From NCBI GenBank assembly GCA_041666845.1, contig JBAYGC010000001.1, positions 28,864 through 92,863 on the forward strand: DNA of 64,000 nucleotides. Reading direction: 5' to 3'. The translations under genes were made by a program, and so were the position numbers. Of the stretch, positions 58,200 through 64,000 are shown in pieces. The stretch's first letter is position 1; every line of letters starts with the position of its first letter. The notes below the pieces were generated by a model. It saw only the letters and a program-made list of their open reading frames with translations, was not told the origin of the DNA and made no database searches. The stretch comes from Patescibacteria group bacterium (GTDB lineage: Bacteria > Patescibacteriota > Patescibacteriia > UM-FILTER-42-10).

Positions 58200-59019
58200 A
58201 TTGGTATTAATCCTGGGAGCGAAAGGAATGCTCGGATCCGAGCTTTCTCTTATTTTCAGCGATCTGCAACCGATCTGCTGGGATATTGATGATCTGGATA
58301 TTACTAAAGAGGAAATAGTACAAAAAAGAATCAGGGAGATGTCGCCATCCGTGATCATTAACGCTTCTGCTTATACAAATGTGGACGGTGCGGAGGACAA
58401 TGAAGAATTGGCGAATCGAATCAACGGAACGGCCGTCGGACATTTGGCGAAAACCGCGGAACTGATCGGTGCGAAACTGATCCACTATTCTACCGATTAC
58501 GTTTTTAACGGTGAATGTGAGTCCGGTTATCAAGAATCCGACAAACCGGATCCGGTCAATGCGTATGGCCGGTCAAAACTGCTGGGAGAGCAGGCGATTC
58601 AGAAAGAGTGTAAAGATTACTATATTATCCGCACTTCCTGGCTTTATGGCCGGGGAGGGAAAAATTTTGTCGATACAATGATTAAACTGGGCAAAGAAAA
58701 TAAAGCAGTAAAAGTAGTAAACGATCAGTTCGGCAAGCCGACCTATACCGCTGATTTGGCTAGGCAGACCAGAAAATTGATTGAGGGTGATAAACCGTAT
58801 GGTATTTATCATGTCACCAACGAAAAACAGGCTAGCTGGTTTGATTTCGCGGAAAAGATATTTGAGCTTTCCGGGATTAAAACGACAGTTATTCCTGTCA
58901 CATCCGGTGAATTTCCGCGTCCGGCCAAAAGACCGAACTATTCTTCATTAATTAATACAAAAATTCCCAAGCAAAGGAGCTGGGAAAGCGCGCTGTCTGA
59001 ATATCTGTCCGCAAGATAA
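58186..59019 (+). CDS. rmlD: dTDP-4-dehydrorhamnose reductase
   Basis: LILGAKGMLGSEL...INASAYTNVDGAE...YSTDYVFNG. Confidence 0.8.
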   Translation: MRSDKLVLILGAKGMLGSELSLIFSDLQPICWDIDDLDITKEEIVQKRIREMSPSVIINASAYTNVDGAEDNEELANRINGTAVGHLAKTAELIGAKLIHYSTDYVFNGECESGYQESDKPDPVNAYGRSKLLGEQAIQKECKDYYIIRTSWLYGRGGKNFVDTMIKLGKENKAVKVVNDQFGKPTYTADLARQTRKLIEGDKPYGIYHVTNEKQASWFDFAEKIFELSGIKTTVIPVTSGEFPRPAKRPNYSSLINTKIPKQRSWESALSEYLSAR

Positions 59020-59021
59020 AT

Positions 59022-60359
59022 CTATTGCAACTGTTTTTGGAATAAATTCTGCGAAGAGTCATAGTAAAACATGACTCTTGTGTTTATATTGACACCAAAC
59101 GGTATTGAATCAGTCTGAGCAAGATTTAGCATGTTCCGCTTGCCACGCCCGTCTAACTCAATTGCTTTAATAAATCCCTCCTGGCTGTAAATGATCCATT
59201 TGCCGTCGGGTGACCAGGTTGCATATTTTATTTTACCGCTGGATCTGATCAGCAGGTCCTGCTGTTTCAGTTCCGGATTGTATACCCAGATTTCGAAATC
59301 ATTATACAGCAATAAATTACTGGCATCCGGCGACCAACTAAAACCAATAACATCCGGGTTGAGTTTATCCAATGTGATTGAAAACTGGTTCTGAATTTTT
59401 ATTAATGATAACTCCTTATTTTTTTGATCATGAACTGTTAAGTAACCCTGGGCTGAATGCGATAATTGGTATTGATCATTGCTTGAAAATGTTGATATTT
59501 CTTCAGCACTATTAAAATTTATCGCACTCGATTGATATAGTACGGGATAATTGTCCTTATTTTGTATGTAGTAGACTGATTCGTTGATCACTAAGGCATC
59601 CTGAATCTGACCAGCAATTAACAGCTGAATCGAATTTTCTGCAAGATTGAGCCGACTTAATCCATTTTCCGATACTGTGTACAGCGCAGAGTCCGTACCC
59701 GTCGCAATAAGGTCGGATATTGAAAACCCAGTAATGTCTTTCAGCAGAATATCATACTGTCCGGATAGTGAAAGGATTCTAGAAATGTAATTCGTTTTAA
59801 TGTCCTGTAAAAAAATGAACCGTTCATCTTCTGAAAATACCGGTTGCTGACCACTTTCTATTTTACTGATGGATAAAACGGTTCGCAGAGTATTTTGTTG
59901 TTTAACTGTCAGCGCCGGATTAGTATCGTTTGTATTTGTGACATAGGCAAAATATGAATTGTCTGCCGAAAAAATCAGATCCGTAACTTTCTCTTCCGCA
60001 ACTAGTGTCGGACTGTCTGTTTTTAAAAGACCAACTCTTTCTGTTGTGGTTGATTGATTGGCAAAGACAGGTAGCGTTTTCTCCCACGGAAAATACCCCA
60101 GTTTTTCAATTGAAACGGAGTATTCACCGGGAAACAGATTTTTTATCACCTTGGGGGTTTTTGACCCGGTGGCTTCGCCATTAATTTCTATTTGCGCATT
60201 GCGCGGATCTGAATCAACAGCTAAAACACCGGTTTTAATTACTTTATATTCATTGAAATCATATCGAAAACCGGTTGCGTATAATATCAGTAGGGGAGCA
60301 ACGATGATAAACACAAAAACCAGGCTTAATGCGTATATTCTGCGGTATTTCTTCTTCAT
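59022..60359 (-). CDS. Membrane-anchored PEGA-domain protein with C-terminal TolB-like beta-propeller repeats
   Basis: N-terminal TM; PEGA-like ...DSDPRNAQIEINGEATGSKTPKVIKNLFPGEYSVSIEKLGY; C-terminal WSPDGKWIIYS-type repeats. Confidence 0.6.
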   Translation of the reverse strand: MKKKYRRIYALSLVFVFIIVAPLLILYATGFRYDFNEYKVIKTGVLAVDSDPRNAQIEINGEATGSKTPKVIKNLFPGEYSVSIEKLGYFPWEKTLPVFANQSTTTERVGLLKTDSPTLVAEEKVTDLIFSADNSYFAYVTNTNDTNPALTVKQQNTLRTVLSISKIESGQQPVFSEDERFIFLQDIKTNYISRILSLSGQYDILLKDITGFSISDLIATGTDSALYTVSENGLSRLNLAENSIQLLIAGQIQDALVINESVYYIQNKDNYPVLYQSSAINFNSAEEISTFSSNDQYQLSHSAQGYLTVHDQKNKELSLIKIQNQFSITLDKLNPDVIGFSWSPDASNLLLYNDFEIWVYNPELKQQDLLIRSSGKIKYATWSPDGKWIIYSQEGFIKAIELDGRGKRNMLNLAQTDSIPFGVNINTRVMFYYDSSQNLFQKQLQ

Positions 60360-60443
60360 TTTGACCAGAATGAAATTAGTAGGTAATATACATCATGTAG
60401 GATATCTTATTCTACCATATTTTTAAATTATAGGAATTTTTTT

Positions 60444-61706
60444 ATGGAAAAATTTATTATCAACGGCGGCAGTCAACTTTCAGGCGAGATTGAAGTTGGC
60501 GGAGCAAAAAATGCGGTACTTAAGATACTGCCGGCTGCTTTATTGTCCAGCGAAACTCTTACGATAAGGAATTTTCCATTGATTGAAGATATTCATAGAG
60601 CCTCCGATTTATTAAAGGATTTAGGGGCGTCGGTTGATATGAACGGCAGAAGCTGCACGGTAAGTATACCGGAAATTAAGAAAAACATTCTAGAGCCGGA
60701 GTTTGTCAATAAATTCCGCGCTTCAATTATGTTTGTCGGGCCGATGCTGGCCAGAACTGGGGAAGTTCGATTTCCACATCCGGGTGGTTGTGTAATTGGC
60801 GCGGGCAAGAGACCGATTGATTTATTTCTTGAAGGTTTTAAGGCATTGGGTGCCGAGGTACAGGAAAAAGATGATATGTATGTCATAAAAGCCAAAAAAC
60901 TTAAAGGCTGTGATTATTTTTTCACCACAGTCAGTGTTACCGGAACAGAAGGAATGATTTTAACCGCAGTATTGGCGGAAGGTGTCACGACGCTGAAGAA
61001 TTGCGCTATGGAACCGGAGATTGTGGCATTAAGCGAATATTTAAATTTGAATGGAGCTAAGATTAAGGGTGCAGGTTCGCCGACTATTACCATAGAAGGA
61101 GTCGCGAAATTATCCGCTGGTGAGTATACAATCATCCCGGACCGCATTGAAACAGGTACTTTTGCGATACTGGCGGCGGCAGCTAAATCGGAACTAATGA
61201 TTACCAAATGCAATCCGAATCACATCGAATCATTATTGAGTGTACTCAGTAAAACGGGCGTTACGTTTGAAAAGGGTGATGATTGGCTCAAAATTAAAGC
61301 CGCTAAAAAGATAAACCCGTACGACATAAAAACACACGAATATCCGGGTTTTCCGACGGATCTGCAGTCGCCCTATACCGTGTTGATGACTCAGGCCTCT
61401 GGTAGGTCGACAATTCACGAGGTGATCTATGACCGGCGTCTGCTATTCACTGATATGCTTGTGCAAATGGGAGCGGACATTATCATGTGTGATCCGCACC
61501 GCGTGGTAATCAGTGGTCCGACGAAACTGTATGGCAGGAAATTAACCAGTCCGGATCTGCGCGCCGGTATTGCGATTGTGATCGCCGCGGCGATTGCGGA
61601 GGGCAAGACCGAAATTGACAATATTTATCAGATTGACCGAGGTTACGAAAAAATTGAGGAACGACTGAGAAATATCGGCGTTAATATAAAAAGAGTAAAC
61701 GAATAA
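60444..61706 (+). CDS. murA: UDP-N-acetylglucosamine 1-carboxyvinyltransferase
   Basis: Full-length 420 aa; KFIINGGSQLSGEIEVGGAKNAVLKILPAALL and FPTDLQSPY motifs. Confidence 0.85.
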   Translation: MEKFIINGGSQLSGEIEVGGAKNAVLKILPAALLSSETLTIRNFPLIEDIHRASDLLKDLGASVDMNGRSCTVSIPEIKKNILEPEFVNKFRASIMFVGPMLARTGEVRFPHPGGCVIGAGKRPIDLFLEGFKALGAEVQEKDDMYVIKAKKLKGCDYFFTTVSVTGTEGMILTAVLAEGVTTLKNCAMEPEIVALSEYLNLNGAKIKGAGSPTITIEGVAKLSAGEYTIIPDRIETGTFAILAAAAKSELMITKCNPNHIESLLSVLSKTGVTFEKGDDWLKIKAAKKINPYDIKTHEYPGFPTDLQSPYTVLMTQASGRSTIHEVIYDRRLLFTDMLVQMGADIIMCDPHRVVISGPTKLYGRKLTSPDLRAGIAIVIAAAIAEGKTEIDNIYQIDRGYEKIEERLRNIGVNIKRVNE

Positions 61707-62948
61707 ATGGAAAACAATATAAATAGAAAATCACACCTGCAAAAGTATTTCAGATTTTACATCGGGGTATTACTACTTGTGATCACTTTTATGGGCGGAA
61801 TGGTGGTCGGTGCCTGGAAGATTAACGGTGTTGCAATATCGCAGGTCGGTGATGTAGTCGTCAATAAGTTTGCCAATGACCCGGAAACTAAACAGATTGA
61901 TTTTGATATATTTTGGGAAACGTGGAAGACATTACAGAATAAATATTATGCCCGCCCAGTAAGCGAGAGTGATCTATTCTACGGAGCGCTGGCCGGAATG
62001 TCTGCGAGTGTTGGCGATCCGTACACAGTTTTCTTTGATCCGGAAATCAGCAAAGATTTTACTGCGCAAATTAATGGAACTTTTGACGGTATCGGGATTG
62101 AGATCGGTATAAAAGATGAAAAACTGGTGGTGATTGCACCGTTGCCGGAAACTCCGGCGGCTAAGGCGGGTATTGTGGCCGGCGACCATATCGCAAGTAT
62201 TAATGGTAACGACACGACGGGAATGACTTTGGATGCGGCGGTAACTATGATTCGTGGTGAAAAGGGGACAAGTGTCGATTTGGGTATAATTAAGGAAGGA
62301 AGCGAGGAAGTAGTTAATTTATCTATTATCAGGGATACAATAGTAGTTGAATCAGTGCACTGGGAGATGTTAGATGGAAATATCGCGCACTTGGTACTTT
62401 CCGATTTCAACGAAAATACCGATGCCGGTTTTGAAAAGGCAATCCGTGAGATTACACTTGCGCAGCCTAAAGGTATTATCTTTGATTTAAGGAATAACCC
62501 GGGCGGATTCCTGACAACTGCTGTGAATGTAGCCGGGTATTTTATCCCGAAGGACGGAGTGGTTTTGATTGAGGATTTCGGGAACGGAAACAAGCACGAG
62601 TATACTGTTGAGAATGGCGATAATTTTGTCGACTACACGATGGTTGTACTGGTTAACGGCGGTACGGCCTCAGCATCGGAAATTGTAGCCGGAGCTATCC
62701 AGGATCACAAAGTAGCCACTGTTCTTGGTGAACAAAGCTTCGGTAAAGGAACTGTTCAGGAACTGAAGGAGTTTGCTGATGGTTCGTCGCTTAAAATCAC
62801 CGTGGCACAGTGGCTGACACCGGATGGACGTTCGATCAATAAAGCAGGAATTACACCGGATGTAATTGTAGAAAATACTCAGGCGGACGTTGAGGCCGGT
62901 ATCGATGCCCAGTTAAACCAGGCGGTTAAAATATTAACCGAGCAGTAA
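61707..62948 (+). CDS. ctpA: Carboxyl-terminal processing protease (S41 family, PDZ-containing)
   Basis: PDZ ...KAGIVAGDHIASINGNDT...; catalytic region LVNGGTASASEIVAGA and GEQSFGKGTVQ. N-terminal TM. Confidence 0.8.
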   Translation: MENNINRKSHLQKYFRFYIGVLLLVITFMGGMVVGAWKINGVAISQVGDVVVNKFANDPETKQIDFDIFWETWKTLQNKYYARPVSESDLFYGALAGMSASVGDPYTVFFDPEISKDFTAQINGTFDGIGIEIGIKDEKLVVIAPLPETPAAKAGIVAGDHIASINGNDTTGMTLDAAVTMIRGEKGTSVDLGIIKEGSEEVVNLSIIRDTIVVESVHWEMLDGNIAHLVLSDFNENTDAGFEKAIREITLAQPKGIIFDLRNNPGGFLTTAVNVAGYFIPKDGVVLIEDFGNGNKHEYTVENGDNFVDYTMVVLVNGGTASASEIVAGAIQDHKVATVLGEQSFGKGTVQELKEFADGSSLKITVAQWLTPDGRSINKAGITPDVIVENTQADVEAGIDAQLNQAVKILTEQ

Positions 62949-63095
62949 ACAATTCCGGCTTTTTCTGATATACTCAAACAGGAATAAATACGCAGAATAT
63001 GGTTATTCGGCATTGTATGATGTGGAATTTTACTATATAATGGGCTGGAAAATAGTAGCAATTTAACTGTTATTTAAATAATAAGGCAATACTGT

Positions 63096-63542
63096 ATGAA
63101 AGTAGTATTTTTAAAGGATGTAAAACCAAATGTGAAAAAAGGACAGGTGAAAAATGTGGCGGACGGTTACGCCCGTAATTATTTATTTGCAAAAAAAATC
63201 GCAGCTCCTTATACGAAAATTGTAGAAGCACAGTTACAGATTGCAAAAGAAAAGGCGGAACGGAATGAAATAAAAAAGGTAAAAAAAGCGGAAAATATTC
63301 TGGATAATCTAAGTGGTAAAAAAGTAATCATCAAAGCGAAAGCCAGTGAAGATGGAACGTTGTATGCCGGAATCGGGAAAAAGGAAATTATTCAGCAGGT
63401 GTTAACTGCGTATAAAACAGCTTTGTCTGAAGATCAAATAGTTTTGGAGAAGCCGATAAAGACAATCGGTAATCATGAGGTGGTTGTTATGGCAGATGCA
63501 AAAAAACAATTTAACTTATTGGTAACAATTAATAAAGAATAA
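63096..63542 (+). CDS. rplI: 50S ribosomal protein L9
   Basis: [31 protein letters not shown], classic L9 N-terminus; 148 aa. Confidence 0.85.
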   Translation: MKVVFLKDVKPNVKKGQVKNVADGYARNYLFAKKIAAPYTKIVEAQLQIAKEKAERNEIKKVKKAENILDNLSGKKVIIKAKASEDGTLYAGIGKKEIIQQVLTAYKTALSEDQIVLEKPIKTIGNHEVVVMADAKKQFNLLVTINKE

Positions 63543-63581
63543 ACACGACTCATTTGGCGCATGTTTATTTGGAAAAAATCT

Positions 63582-64000
63582 ATGCCGAAATCAAAAAAGA
63601 AAACTAAATATATATTCGTAGTTGGTGGGGTAATGTCGTCCGTGGGTAAAGGTGTTACTACGGCGTCCATCGGTAGAATATTACAAAGTAGGGGATATAA
63701 TATAGCCACAATCAAGTGCGATATGTATATCAACATCGACGCGGGAACCATCCGTCCGACGGAGCACGGTGAAGTTTTTGTCGGCGAAGACGGGATTGAG
63801 GCAGACCAGGATTTGGGTAATTATGAAAGATTTACCGGTGTAAACTGCACTGCGGATAATTACATCACAACCGGCCAGGTGTACCGTGAAGTTATCAGAA
63901 AAGAAAGAAACCTGGAGTATGCCGGTGAGGATGTGGAAGTTGTTCCGGATATCCCTAATGAGATAATCCGCAGGATAAATGTTGCTGCAAGAAAGAATAA
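63582..64000 (+). CDS. pyrG: CTP synthase, 5' partial (runs off the window end)
   Basis: KYIFVVGGVMSSVGKGVTTASIGRIL...IDAGTIRPTEHGEVFVGEDGIEADQDLGNYERF. ATG at 63582; no stop in window. Confidence 0.85.
   Translation, partial: MPKSKKKTKYIFVVGGVMSSVGKGVTTASIGRILQSRGYNIATIKCDMYINIDAGTIRPTEHGEVFVGEDGIEADQDLGNYERFTGVNCTADNYITTGQVYREVIRKERNLEYAGEDVEVVPDIPNEIIRRINVAARKN

Noticed and set aside
61979-62593. 204-aa minus-strand ORF inside the Ctp protease gene
   Set aside because: It is antisense to a gene with clear S41 catalytic motifs and a PDZ domain, and has low-complexity Ser/Ile/Pro composition.

Overview
This is a 64 kb window from a low-GC bacterium (roughly 35-45% GC by eye) with weak or absent Shine-Dalgarno sites and many overlapping or translationally coupled genes. 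Gene content is reminiscent of an uncultivated, small-genome lineage such as Patescibacteria/CPR, but that cannot be established from the sequence alone. From 5' to 3' the window holds four parts. (1) Positions 1-6.8 kb are a variable region with two tandem, diverged paralogous genes bracketed by three copies of a near-identical ~50 nt repeat carrying a hairpin plus T-run. It also holds a Pif1-family helicase, an acidic hypothetical protein, an S51 peptidase, a NUDIX hydrolase translationally coupled to a DUF45/YgjP-type HExxH metallohydrolase, and a further hypothetical. (2) Positions ~6.95-14.1 kb are compositionally foreign. Two strongly GC-rich blocks (clearly above 60% GC by eye) encode envelope-type proteins: a secreted HExxH protein, a lipoprotein with tandem PKD/Ig-like repeats, and an N-terminal-domain plus C-terminal beta-barrel-like protein. 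Every intergenic spacer inside this span is AT-rich and carries A/T-tract terminators. The two blocks flank an AT-rich pocket with two ORFs: a membrane-anchored coiled-coil protein with a Cys-rich tail and a possible HEPN-like (Rx4H) protein. (3) Host genes resume with an ECF sigma/anti-sigma pair, CorA, a TolB-like propeller and an HtrA-like protein in which all three catalytic residues are substituted. A ~38 kb glycan-biosynthesis super-locus follows. It contains GtrA, three polyprenyl-phosphate-sugar GT2 synthases, several GT2/GT4 enzymes, three or four GT-C/YfhO-like giant membrane proteins and two Wzx flippases. It also has three SAM methyltransferases with metK and ahcY embedded, ugd, two UXS paralogs, a UDP-GlcA 4-epimerase, a complete rmlABCD set, a gpsA-nucleotidyltransferase-CDP-alcohol phosphatidyltransferase operon, and kbl. 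(4) The window ends with murA, a Ctp S41 protease, rplI and the 5' part of pyrG. I recognised no rRNA, tRNA, CRISPR array, integrase or transposase. Protein calls rest on motifs I can read directly in the translations; promoter and terminator calls are sequence-pattern inferences.
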